Positions 1-12,840 are shown, numbered from the stretch's first letter. The stretch is DNA of 64,000 nucleotides from Somniosus microcephalus (GCA_052327205.1 CM126202.1:105028001-105092000), one strand, 5' to 3'. The notes: generated from the letters alone by a model not told the origin. Program-made: numbers and translations.

Positions 1-730
1 CCAAGACAGCTGTGCAGCTTGTGCCACCTGCTGAGCAATCTGTATATCCAGTTATTGGGACAAATGAGCTACAATTCCACATAATGCCCCTGAGGAATTA
101 ACCTGTTACCAGGAACTTGTGAGCCAAGAAATGATCCAGTGCTTTGCAGCATTATTTATAACATTTTAAAAATTTACTTCAAACTGAAATTAGTTGAGTG
201 TTCTTTGTTGCACAGGGTTATTTTAATGCCTGTTTGGTAAAAGAATTTAGGTTAGTGTCAAAAACACTGAACAGGCAAATGTGAAGAGATTCAAAGCAGC
301 TCCAGTAGACATACGTTTGGATCAAGTAAATACCTAATGCAGTAATCATATGAATCAGTGCACTACATTTATGAATCATTTATCAATCATATTCAAATAA
401 TTACAAGTGTATCATTTCAATTCCACATTTCAATTCCAATGGATGTACTTAGTGTACAGTGATTTGTAATCATTTGCAGAGTTGTCACTAAATTATCATC
501 CTTAACGCTATTAATCTTAAAATAGAATAAAATTAAGTTATTTTCAATCGTTGAAGATCTGGATGTTTTACACTGCCGCAGAATACAATAAAACTAACTT
601 ATTTTACAGAATTAAGACTGTCGGTCGAATATAGCATAAGCATGCATTTACCCATAGCATTTTTTTAAAGCGCGCCTACATAATTAATCAATTAGGACCA
701 AGAAAATGTTACTCCTCCAAATAACTGGGC

Positions 731-1160
731 GTCTGCTTGGCTCAGATGGTAGCACTCGTCTCTGGGTCAGAAGATTGTGGGTTGAAGCCTGCATTAGAAC
801 TTAAGTATATAAAATGGGCAGACAGTACAGGACTGAAGGAGTGCTGCATTGTCAGAGATGACATCCCTCAGATAAGATGTTAAACCAAGATTCTGTCTGT
901 CTGTATAGGTGGATGTTAAACATCTCTCGGCACTAAGAGAAGACGAACAGGGAGCTCCCCCTGGTGTTCTGGCCAACATTCCTCCACCAACTAACACTGC
1001 AAAATGATTAACTCGTTATTCATTTCATTGTTATTTGTGTGACATTGCTGGTGCAGAATGGCTGCCTTGTTTGTCTGGATGAGTTTCCAAAGTAATTTAT
1101 TGTGTATGAAGCACTTTGAAATGTCTGTACATAACACGTGGCTGTATAAAAGCAAGTATA
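731..1160 (+). mobile_element. Old SacSINE1-like Deu-SINE
   Basis: tRNA-like head (tggctcagatggtagcactc), Deu-like core (ctggtgttctggccaacatt), L2-type tail. Homologous to 12841-13299. Confidence 0.7.
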
Positions 1161-1371
1161 ACTATAATATATTTAAAATTCTCCGTCTGCGTGCACTCCC
1201 TGTCAACGTTTTTCATTATATGTCTTGGGGTAAGAATTCCACCATGACTTTGGCAGAGGATCAGCAAAAAACTCCGAGAAGCGGCATAAATAGCCACTTA
1301 ATTCCTCTGAGCTTTCCACATAGTTACAGTGGACGATCAGGGAGCCCTCACGGAAATTACTGCCGCTTATT

Positions 1372-1521
1372 TCCACATTTATAATGGAAATTGCCTATGT
1401 AAATCTATCAAACTGCAATTATATCCTCCCCCAGTGGGAGCACTGCAGCATCACTACTGGCAGGATGGTATAATTTACAGCTTAACAAGTTCACTTTGGA
1501 AGTTTCCGTTGTAAATGTGGA
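1372..1521. repeat. ~150-bp imperfect palindrome (old MITE-like)
   Basis: tccacatttataatggaaatt (1372) is the near reverse complement of agtttccgttgtaaatgtgga (1501). Inner arms also pair. Confidence 0.6.
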
Positions 1522-2304
1522 CGTCGGAATTTATAATGGAAATACAGAAATAGAAACAGAATGTATGACTTTAAAATGGAGACTGAATGTCCTGTTCCAT
1601 TTATCCCCCCACCCTCTAACCCTGCTTCACCTGAAGACTACACTTGATCTTGACTTCCTTGTGCAACGCCAAGAGAGATCAACTAGCATATTATAAATTT
1701 TGTTACTTCAGCATCATCAGCATACCATATTTCCCTGTCAAAAATTTATGAACTGCTGCCTTCCTCTCCTCAACTGTCTGTTTGTTTGAAACACTGCTTA
1801 GAACTGGAGAATCATGTAATGCTCACATGAGAATATCTTTCAGTTTTTGGATGTTGCAGAGATGTATTACAAGCTTTTTGCAACTAAACCAGTTTATTCT
1901 GGTCAGTACATTATCTCATTCTTTGGGGAAGATATTGGCGTCTCATTACACTTTGGCCGAGCAGCCCTTTGGATTGCACATTTTCCATTCTTGCATGCTT
2001 TGTGACCCAAAGGATGCTATGATGACAATTCTAAGTTGTCAAGAAGCCCTTCGCAGTCACTGGGGCCAGCTGGAGCAATGCTCTCAGCTCAGTACCCTCT
2101 CTTCCACAGCTGTTGCCTTATGGATAATGTGTTATGTCCAGAAACTTACTTTTGCCAAAAGAATTACATGTAGTATTTATGCCTGAAAGAGGTTTGTGCC
2201 ATCAGAATCGTACCATTTCTTTTTAAGATGAGCCATTGGACTGTTCTATTCACTTCAAATTCTTGGGGGTAATTTTGACTTTGTGCAACAGCGCGAAACA
2301 GGTG

Positions 2305-3146
2305 GGGCTGGATTTTCATTCAGAAGTTGGGAAGGAGGCGGGACTACAACTTTCGGGTTTTAGTCCCGCCTCCATCGAGATGCGGCCAATCCACGCGATT
2401 TTAACTTGATTAACCGTGTTCAGCCCGCCCAGCGGGCCCAGCAGGCCAATTAAGGGCCACCCGGCAACAGGTGACGTCACAGACTGAAATTTCATCTGTC
2501 AAGACGTGTTGACAGATGAAATATCAGTGTTTCACAGCTGCTTGAAGCTGTCAAACACTGACAGTCTTACTTCTAACCTGAGTCCTTCTACGCAGACTCA
2601 GTTAGAAATCTCACTGGCACTGAAAGCTGCAGGCTGTCACTTTTGACAGATCGCAGCCATTCTGCTTTCTGTGCTGGCTGAATGATGGACTCCCGAAACC
2701 TAGAGGAAGGAAGGCTGTAAAGGTAAGTACAGGTAATTTAAACATCTTTACACACTTTAGACACACCAAACACACTTACGTTTGCACTCATGCACCCATC
2801 ACTCACCTGAACACCGAGATCTCGACCCCTCCAAGTCCTTCAACCCGACGACCCGACTCCTCTAACTTGGCGTGGTTTGGAGCTGTCGGGCATCCCACAC
2901 GACAACCTTCAAAATAGGGATTAGGCTAAAAACTGCCTGTTAACTACCTGTTAACAGGCAGTTAATTGGCACTAATCCCTTCCCGCCTCGGGTCGGCGGG
3001 TCCCAGTGCGGGGCGGGTACCCGCCTCCTTTGAAACTTACATGGAGGCGGGTTTTGGGCGGGATGGTGTCGGGACCCCCGAATTCGGGAATTTAACCCCC
3101 CACACGCCTCCAATCCTGACTCCACGGCACACTGAAAATCGACCCC
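2305..3146. mobile_element. Non-autonomous PIF/Harbinger-like element, copy 1, nested in a smaller old MITE (~2265-3215)
   Basis: TIRs gggctggattttca / tgaaaatcgacccc. Highly similar along its length to 14990-15840. Confidence 0.8.
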
Positions 3147-3872
3147 GTCGGCAGCCCATTTTACATCTCACCCAATTTTTATTTGCATTGACTTCAATGT
3201 CAAACATACCACCCCTTGACTTTGTGTTTTGAGATCAAATTGCTTCAAGAAACCCTACTGAATAAGTGTGTGTGTAAAGACTATTAATGGGGATAGGATC
3301 CAGCGGAGCTGCAATCCCATTTCCCTAACTCCCATCCCCACACAGTTGAATAGTCAGCTGATATTCATTGTCTAGGGTCGTGGATGAAGAGAAAGCCACT
3401 TGGGTGGGGTGCCAGCACCCACTGGCAAAGGTCAGTGGCTCCAGGAGAAATGGGGAGTAAAGGGAAAAAAAATTATTGCAAAAACAGGTCTGGACCAAAT
3501 CATCTTACATGTGGCAGTAAAGGCTTTTTGAAATTCTGCATCATAATTACAGAGGCATAAGGATGCTACTTTCTGCACTTGGGCTACCAAATAAAACACT
3601 TTTTCAGTAATTGCTTTAAAACATGGCTGTTGACCCCTTTAAGTAACTTTGCATTAATACTGCCAACTTATCATTTTGAAACTGGACAACTTCACAAAAT
3701 GTTATTGAAAGAAACTTCACACCAGCAGCTATCTTTCTTAATATCAGCAAAAAAAGACAATGGGCTGGAATTTTCGCACAAGTTCCCCAATCTCCTGCCG
3801 TAGCATTGGTGGAAGATTAGCAGAAACTCTGGAGAAGTGGGAGAAACAGAAATTCAACCCCAATATCAAATT

Positions 3873-5187
3873 CAACTACAATTTGCATTTATATAGTGAT
3901 TTTAATGTAGAAAAATGGACGCTGAGCTGAAGAAGGAAATATTAAGAGGGAGACCAAAAAGGTGGGTCTTAAGCAAGATCTTAAAGAACAAAAGGGAGGT
4001 TGAGAGGCAGAGGATTTAGGGAGAGAATTCCAGGAAAGGGGAGATGCACAAGAGGCCTAATTTGGAGATGTGGAGAGTTCAGGGGAAGGGTTGCAGGGCT
4101 GGAGGAGGTTACAGAAATAGGGAGGGGCAAGACAATGAAGGTCACAGTCATAGAGAAAATCATTTGTGACTTTGGTTAGGGCCATTTCAGTGCTGTGAAA
4201 GGGACAAAATCTCAATTGGAGAAATTAAAACAGGGAGCTGCGGGAGAGATGGGCACGGATTTGGGAGGTGATGGCATGGTCAAAGATTTTGGGGAGATGA
4301 TTGTTTGCAAGGGCAGAGGGGTTGAGGGTAGGTTTTTTTTTGGAAGAGATTATGGCAGTTTTGAAATGGAAGGGGACTGTCCTTCCAGCATGGAGACCAG
4401 GTAGGCAATTTGTGTGGTCAGCATTTTAGTAGGATTAGGGTCAAGGGAGCAGGAGGTAGGACTCGTGAGTGAGATGAGCTCGGAGATGGCATTAGGGGAA
4501 ATGTGCAAGAAACTAGAGAGAGACAAGGATTCAGAGCTAGGTCAGAGGGATTGCCTGTGGAGAGGTTTGCCTTGCTGGGCAAGGGGAGTAGCAGCAGAAG
4601 AAGCTAAATAGATGGTCTCTATCTTGGTGATAAAGAAATCAGTGAGCTCCTTGCATTTGATGTTAGCGGTGAGGGTGGAGGTGGCACAGGAGAGGGATTT
4701 GAGGACATGGTTGGTAGTGGAGAAATGAAGCTGGGGATTGTCAGAGGAGAGTGAGGCACGATAGCACTTGAAATGGTCCAATCAGATCTGGTGATGGATG
4801 GCTATACCAGTTGTGTGCCATATATGCTCAAATATGGGGAATAAAAATGGGGACCATAGCAGGGGGAACAACCAGGATGGGAGAGTAAAGATTTTGCTGG
4901 GGACGAGGGCATGAAAGGTGAAGGTGAGGGAGTGGTTGAGCAAATCGACTGCTACAGAAGTATTGTGGTGAATAGAAGACGAGGCAGTTGGGAGTTTGAA
5001 AGTGCAGTTGTAAATCATTGCCATACCAAGGGAAACGATCAGGGTGGGAGATGGTGAATGTTTTGCTGGGGATAAGAGCATCAAAGGTGGAGGTCAGGGA
5101 GTGGTTGTATAAATTGATGGCTGCTGAGGTATCATGTTGAATGAAGGGCCAAAGGTTGGCCAGTTGGGAGTTGGTGAGGGTGGAGGT
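3873..5187 (-). mobile_element. Degraded L2-clade LINE fragment
   Basis: L2-type 3' tail (ttgcatttatatag) at ~3880. ORF2-like remnants (KCKELTDFFITKIETI; LYNHSLTSTFDALIP). Confidence 0.7.
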
Positions 5188-5443
5188 TGCCCTCGTCCCC
5201 AGCAAAATCTTTACTCTCCCATCCTGGTTGTTCCCCCTGCTATGGTCCCCATTTGTATTCCCCATATTTGAGCATATATGGCACACTACTGGTGTAGCCA
5301 TCCATCACCAGATCTGATTGGACCATTTTAAGTGCTATCGTGCCTCACTCTCCTCTGACAATCCCCAGCTTCATTTCTCCACTACCAACCATGTCCTCAA
5401 ATCCCTCTCCTGTGCCACCTCCACCCTCACCGCTAACATCAAA
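4656..5443. repeat. 256-bp near-perfect inverted repeat (4656-4911 / 5188-5443), 276-bp spacer
   Basis: Direct reverse-complement comparison; about 4 mismatches counted. Confidence 0.95.
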
Positions 5444-6277
5444 CAATTATATGTGTTGACTTAGCTAATTTTAGCGTAAAAAAAAATAAAACATGCTGGA
5501 CAGAAAGTGCTAGCAGATTACTCGTCTTATGTTTAGCATACCTCTGACCCTACCTACCCATCCAACAATGCATTAACAAATGTTAGAAAAAAGTTCATGA
5601 TAGATTAGATACTGCCATTTTATGCTGATCTGGATATTAAGAAAAATCACTACATGTGTAAACTTTCTTTATATTTCAACTATCATAAATCTTGCCAGTG
5701 GTACATTGAACATAACAAACAAAACAATGTGTAGTGTAGTGGCGCTTCTTAGTTTCCAAACAGGCAGGCCACTGAGCTGTGGGGCCTTTAACAACGAGTA
5801 GACGCGTGTCGAAATAAAACGTTCCCAAACGTAGCTTTGTCTTTTAAACTGTTTACTATAACACTTAACAAACGGAATTACAAAGCAAACACGTATAAAC
5901 GAACACGGTCAAAAACTGTACTGCTCCAAACCTCACAGCTTCTGCCTCTTTCACCACGTGCAGTTTAAACTGTAAAATGGCTGCACCCATGTGTGGCTTA
6001 GGGACTGTTCCATTGTGGCAAGAATGAAGGGGGTGTCGGACTATACTACTGGAGCAAGAAAATAGGGGGTTTCTTAATACAATAAGTCGGTCAGGTAAAT
6101 TAACTGTATTATGCCATTTAGCCACTATTTTAAAGTATTTCCTTAAGCTTTTATGGCTCTTACATTCCGGCCCCTAATTGACTAGGCACATGAAGCATAT
6201 CAATTACTCAAACATTCTTAAGAGTCATAAACTAATGAGTTCAACATATTTACAATATAAATGTCCACTTTTTTCGT

Positions 6278-9200
6278 TCAGGAACCTTTCACGCTACTTC
6301 TTGTAGCAGGCAGAGCTTTGTGATCGGTCTTTCCAGGGTCGTGTAACCGTCTGCAAACAATGCATTCAGAGAGTATTTTTCTTATTACGGAATTAGCTCC
6401 TGGAATCCAGTATCTTTGTCTTAGCTTCGCAAGCACGTGATTCCTCCCACTGTGTCCAATACTCTGGTGTATATGCTGAAGAATGAGTGTAGCAACCCGG
6501 AGGTCCTTAGAAAGGATAGCAGGATGCTTGGCCTCCTCTGGCATAGCAGATTTGTTTAGTCTCCCTCCCACCCTCAGTACTCCATCTTGCAGTGTAGGGT
6601 CCAGCTTGTAGATATGACTACCTTTCTTGATTGGAGTATTTCGCTGTAGAGCTTCGATTTCTTCTGGGTATCTTTGTCTTTGACTGAAGCGAACTATCTC
6701 CTTCTCAGCCTTGGCCAAATCCTCCACGGTCAATGAATTCTTGCCCAATGTGGTCTTGTGCTGATGCATGTACTGCTGTAGAAGCATTCTCTGCTTATCA
6801 GGGTTACTTTCAGACTGACTGATAGTGGCTCGGTACTCTTTTCTCTTACCGCTCAGGTGTAGCAGCAACTCTTTCAACCTTAGAAACCATGCAACTGCTT
6901 TCCTCAACTGGTGCCATCCTGAGAAATGGTTAACAAGCTTGTTCACTGTGTCGAAGTTCTCTTTCGTATTTGAGATTTACTGTGACTGATCTCTTGACTT
7001 CGACGTCGTCTTCAGCAATCTGACTTGGCATATCTGGTCTTTCTGGCCATGATCTCTCTGTTTCCAGCAGATAACTTGGGCCTTGTATCCAAGTTTCGCT
7101 CCTCGTGAAGTTTTCAGCCTTCAATCCCCGTGAGGCTTGATCTGCTGGGTTTAATGAGGTGTTTACATACCTCCATTGAGATGGTTGTGTAGCTTCTCTA
7201 ATGGATGAGATTCTGTTTGCTACGAAGGTCTTGAAGCGTATCTTCTCATTCTCTATATACTTCAGCACCGTCGTGCTATCCGTCCAGAAGACAGATTCTT
7301 CTAATGGGAGCTGTAACTCTTTACGCATCACCTGGTCAACTTTAACTGCAACAACCGCTGCCGTCAATTCCAGTCTCGGGATGGTGACCTGCTTCAGCGG
7401 AGCCACCCTGGATTTCCCCATGAGGAAGGCACAATGTTTCTGGCCCTGTTGATTTGTCAGCAAGAGGTAAGTAGCCGTGCCATAGCCGTCCTCACTGGCG
7501 TCCGAGAAATGATGTAGTTGAGCCGTCCTTGTAACTCCAAAACTCGCGGGCTTGATGCATCTACTGACGTTGAAGCTAGAAAGTTGTTGCAAATCTGTCA
7601 GCCATCTGTGCCATCTCTGAGCTTGACCTTCTGGGATATCTTCATCCCATCCTCTCTTGTCTCTACACAGCTCTCGTAGCATCAGCTTCACCGGCAGAAT
7701 GAGTGGTGCCAGGAATCCGAGAGGGTCATAGATGGAACTGACCACGGAGAGAATCCCTCGTCTTGTGGATGGTCTTTCGTTCACCATTATCCTGAAGTTG
7801 AACGTGTCTGACTCGATGCACCATTGTACACCAAGAGCTCTCTCGATAGGAAGGACATCGTGGCTCAGGTCCAGATCTTTGACTTCAGTGGCTCTTTCCT
7901 TTTCTGGGATAGAAGCTAGAACTGCTCTGCTGTTGCTTATCCACTTAGTCAGATGGAATCCTCCATTCGAACACAGAGTTCTAAGGTCTCTTGACAGTGC
8001 GATGGCATCGTCTTCTGTTGACACGGACTTCAGACAGTCATCGACATAAAAGTTTCTGAAGATTGTCTCCACGGCCTCTGATGGTGCTTTGCCTTTGCCA
8101 TCTTCTGCAGTTTTTCTGAGAGCGTAGCTTGCACAGCTGGGAGATGATGTGGCTCCAAACAAGTGTACGGCCATTCTACATTCCACCATCGCTTGACTAA
8201 CGTCGCCATCTGGCCACCAAAGGAAACGCAGAAGATCAGCATCTTCATCAGGGATTCTGACTTGGTAGAACATTGATTCTATGTCTGCCATCATGGCAAC
8301 GAGCTCTTGTCTAAACCTAGTCAAGACGCCAATGAGGGTATTAGTAAGATCAGGACCTTGAAGCAGCTGGTCATTCAGTGAAGTTCCTTTGAATGAGGCG
8401 GCGCAGTCAAACACTACACGGATCTTTTTCTTCTTTGGGTGATACACCCCGTGATGAGGAATGTACCAGACCCTTCCATCGTCTCTGTTCAACTGTTCTT
8501 CGGGCACTTTTACAGCATAGCCTTTCGCTATGATGTTTCTCATGAAGTCTTTGTAGTCTTCGTGAAAGTCAGGGTTCTTGTTCAGCTTTCTCTTTAGACT
8601 GATGGCGCGTTGCTCTGCTATGCAGCGATTGTTCGGCATCTTCGCGGTCTGTCTTCTCAGTGGCAAACCAATGTGATAGTGGCCATCAATGAACTGTGTA
8701 GACCTTGTCATCAAATCCATGAACTGATGGTCTTCTTGTGACATCTCTGTCTTTTCCTCACAGCTGCGTTCTGAGAAGTCTGCGTTGAACTGCTGTATCA
8801 ACAGCTCTTCAATGCTTGCGATCGAGATGCGATTAACTGTGACATTTTGTCGTTCCTCCTTGTTCGACTTGTTGCCATCATCTCTCCTTACCGGTCCATT
8901 GACTACCCATCCAAGGGCTGTCCTGACGGCGTAGGGTCCGTCATCCTTGCTGTTTATCACCTGCCATGGCTCCATAGTTTTGTAGGCATTGGTTCCAATT
9001 AATAGGCCAATTTCTGCTTCAATGTATGGGAGACGCACCTTTTCTAGGTAAGGCCATCTATCCACATCCTTCTGCAGGGCTAGGTTCCCTATTCTAACAG
9101 GAATCTCCCTCTGTGTGAAAACATTAGGCAGGTCTATGAAGTCCTTCTCTTCAAGTCCACACACTTCTAGGTCTGACAGGATATAACTTTGCATTGCCTT

Positions 9201-12185
9201 CTCATGACCCATGGTGCGTAATAGGATTTCTGTTCTTCTGCCTCTAACGTTCAGCTGTCGCATGAGTGATTCTGTGCAGAACGTTGCTGAACTACCTGGA
9301 TCCATGAAGGCGTAAGTCTCCACAAGCTTCTCACTCCTCTTAGACTTGATCCTTACTGGTACGATGGCAAGAATACAATCACTGTCACCGGCCCCAGTAA
9401 GTCCACAAGTCTCTGGTTCTAGCGACACCAGAGCACTTGAAACAACCGTCTCGTCGGTATTGTTTTCTTCACTCTTCTTAGGGACTTGTTCTTCTTTCTG
9501 GATATGCAGCAGACTGGGATGTTTCCAAGTGCACTCTCTGCATGTTGTTCTTTGCTTACAGTTTCTACTCAGGTGCCCCTGAGAGAGACATCCAAAACAT
9601 AGGCCGTTGCACTTCAGGAATTCGATTCTGTCCTTATGTGGCTGTGCTTTGATGTCGCTGCAGAAATCCATGTATGATTCTTCTGGCAGAATAAGCATGG
9701 CTTCTGAAAGGCATCAGCAGACGTCCCTGTGCTGCTCCTTTTGGTAGAGGAGTTCTGGGGCCTTTCTTCCTCGGCCTGAGTGACGATAGTTGCAAAGCTG
9801 CTTCCCCTGGAACCACCTTTCCTGAGAGTCTTTGATTCAACAGGCTTGGCTTTCACTCTTCCATCAGTAGTCGGGCTGACATCCTGGATGTTTCCAAACA
9901 ATGGGTCCCTAGCAATTTTAGCCTGTTTGTCTATGAAATTCACTAAGTCTGCAAACCTGGCTCTACTTTTCCGTCTCTCCATTATCTCAAAGGCTGTTCT
10001 TCTCCATTGTTCTCTCATCCTGTAAGGAAGCTTAGAGATGATGATTCTCATAGTCGTAGGATTGTCCATCTCTTCCATGAATTCAACATCCTCCATGGTG
10101 TTGCGACATCCTATGAGGAAAAGAACGTATGCGTTCAATGCCTCTCCGTCCTCCGATCTGATCTGTGGCCACTTGGTAGCCTTTTCAATATATGCAGTGG
10201 CTATCTTCAGCTCGTTACCATAGTGCTCCTGCAGCAACTTCCTGGCTTCTATGTATCCCCGGTCCGGTCTCATGTGTTCACAGCTTCTGACCAGGTCTTG
10301 TGGTTTACCACTGGTGTACTGTCCCAGGTAGTACAACTTATCACTGCTGCTCTCTGTTTTGGAGTCAATGGCTTGTTCAAAGGATCTGATGAAGGGCTTA
10401 TACTTGAGTGGGTCGCCTTGGAACACTGGTATGTCTCTTTGAGGGAGTCAAAACAGATTCTGTTGTTTTACAAGCATCTCTGTAATTTCGTTCTGACGTT
10501 GCATCACTCGGTATAGGCTTCTCCCTGTGTCTTCAGGCCTCTGGTGGTCATCAGCAGGGTCTAGTCTAGACCGTCTGGGGTAGCATCACGTGCTCCTGTT
10601 AGTGGAGAGGCCACTCTTCCACGCTGTAATGCCAGGGGATTGCCTTCGGGCTCTGTTGTAACTCTTGAAGGTGCCCTGGATCCAACTCTATGTGACAACG
10701 TTGACTGGCAGTGGCTCCCGCCATCCCGTGAGCCTTCATAATCTTCGTACGCACTCAACCTGGCGTCTGAGACCTCGATAGCTGTTTTTACCTCCAGCTG
10801 TTCTTTCTTTGCCTGCACCTGGGCCCGTTGGGCCTGCAGTTGGGCCTCTTGGACCTGCAGTCGGGCCTCTTCCCATTCAAGAGCTTGCTTCTCCGCTAAA
10901 GATGCTGCGCGCGCCATCAACGCCGCCCGTTCAGCCTCCGCTCTCATGCGTCGCGACGAGCTTGTGGTGGAAGCGACTGACCTGCGTCCAGAAACAGAGC
11001 TACCTTCTTTTCGACTTTTGCTCGGTCTGGCGGAAGTCTCTGAAATGCTATCGTCTGGTCCGACTTCATCGTCAACTTTATCTTTCTCTGCTGTATCAGC
11101 ATCTTGACGAATCTTTAAAATCCACTGTTCCGTGGCCTTGATATAGTCCTTAATGCTGGTTGATTTAAGATCAAACCAGTTGTGCTGATCATCGTTTCCC
11201 TCTTCTTCAGACAGAAGTGCTAATACATCTTCATTGAGTACATTAAATTCTTCATGCAGCTTGGAGAAATCGTAATACATTATGGCCTAGAAATTGGGTT
11301 TTGGCGCAGCAACGGCTTTAGCGCCGGAAGTTAGTGCCGGAGCTAAGTCGCGCTGGTCGGGCCAAAAATTCACTACTTCTGCGCCCAAACGGCTGCCGGC
11401 GCTGCTGAAAGCTGTTAGCGCCTGAAAACTGGCGCTATGCGCTGAATTTCGGCGCTATTCCGGCGCTGCGGCGCCCGCTGCGGTGCGGCAGGTTCGGGAA
11501 GTGCAGGCCTCCTCCTTCCCTTAAGGAGGAGCTGCCTGCACCCGGCCGCGGCCCGCGATAATCTTATTAAAAATGAGCCCGGCACCTCGGACAAGTGCCG
11601 GGCTTGCTTCTGTTCCGGGGGGGGGGGGGGGGGGGAAGTCCGGGGAGTGAGCTGCGGCCAGGCGGGCGGCGGGAAAGCGGCCGGCCGCCGCGGGGCCTTT
11701 AATGCGCCGGCGCAAACTTGTGCAAGGCACCTCTGCCAGAACGTTGCTTGCGGCTGCCACGGGCGAGGCGGCCGCAAGTCAATTTCCCAGTTCGGGCGGG
11801 TTACCATGGCAACCGGGACGCTGCGCACACCGATGACGTCATCGGTGCCGGCGCAGCGCTACCGGTCTACCGCGGCGGAAGGGCCCCAGGCAATTTAGGC
11901 GCCGGCGCCAATTGCAGCGCTAGGCCCTCTAGCGCCGCAAAATCGGCGCTAAGGTCACTGAATTTCTAGGCCACTGTCTTCAGCTTTCTTAATATTAGCA
12001 TTATCTTCCATGAGACGATCAATTATCTTCATTTTTCCAGTTATCTGAGCTAATTTAGCCTTCCTTGCACCTATGCTTCTATGTAACTTCTCTTCCATTG
12101 CCTTTGGGGTGAGCTTTATTTCCCCCTTTTGGCCAGCAATCTTTCTGGCTGATGGAAGCTCCTGGCTCCGTAAGGCCTCGGCCAT
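6278..12185 (-). pseudogene. BEL/Pao gag-pol, disrupted by frameshifts, a MITE insertion and an IN deletion
   Basis: ORF pieces 11973-12185, 10561-11283, 9614-10426, 6930-9698 and 6278-6946. After CIVCRRL the sequence jumps to the terminal ERPITKLCLL motif in another frame. Confidence 0.9.
11284..11972. mobile_element. CpG-rich Harbinger-type MITE (689 bp) in BEL gag
   Basis: TIRs ggcctagaaatt / aatttctaggcc. Removing it restores the gag frame (...AEDS-I-MYYDF). Internal long G run and CRE palindrome. Confidence 0.88.
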
Positions 12186-12840
12186 TTTACCCGCAGCTCT
12201 TATTTAGCTTCTCAATAGAATGAACAAAGCAAGTAACAGTCACTGTACCTTCGCTTTCTTATATTGTCGTCTGGCTCCATGACCATTCATGTATACGTTC
12301 GCCGACGATTCCGTCCCTTCCTTCTTAGGGAGCAAGTTTTTGACTAATGTAGTGGCGCTTCTTAGTTTCCAAACAGGCAGGCCACTGAGCTGTGGGGCCT
12401 TTAACAACGAGTAGACGCGTGTCGAAATAAAACGTTCCCAAACGTAGCTTTGTCTTTTAAACTGTTTACTATAACACTTAACAAACGGAATTACAAAGCA
12501 AACACGTATAAACGAACACGGTCAAAAACTGTACTGCTCCAAACCTCACAGCTTCTGCCTCTTTCACCACGTGCAGTTTAAACTGTAAAATGGCTGCACC
12601 CATGTGTGGCTTAGGGACTGTTCCATTGTGGCAAGAATGAAGCGGGTGTCGGACTATACTACTGGAGCAAGAAAATAGGGGGTTTCTTAATACAATAAGT
12701 CGGTCAGGTAAATTAACTGTATTATGCCATTTAGCCACTATTTTAAAGTATTTCCTTAAGCTTTTATGGCTCTTACATGTAGTTATCCTTGGTTTTCAAA
12801 AAAAAATCTTCCACACAAGATACTCATCCTACTCATCCAA

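Larger units (their letters stand above)
5735..12777 (-). mobile_element. BEL/Pao LTR retrotransposon, young, integrase core deleted
   Basis: 430-bp LTRs (5735-6164, 12348-12777; TG...CA; 1 mismatch seen). 5-bp TSD TGTAG. PPT AGGGGCCGGAA. BEL-type gag with triple Cys knuckle, protease DPGS, RT FYVDD, Pao RNase H FSDAS...KSRVAP, and IN zinc finger. Confidence 0.97.

Noticed and set aside
5865-6125. Identical 86-aa ORF at 5865 and 12478
   Set aside because: A consequence of LTR identity; non-ATG start and no recognisable motif.
11415-11969. Pro/Ala/Arg-rich ORFs in GC-rich MITEs (also 54735-55349 and 57721-58523)
   Set aside because: Stop-poor by composition, overlapping on both strands, with no domain motifs.
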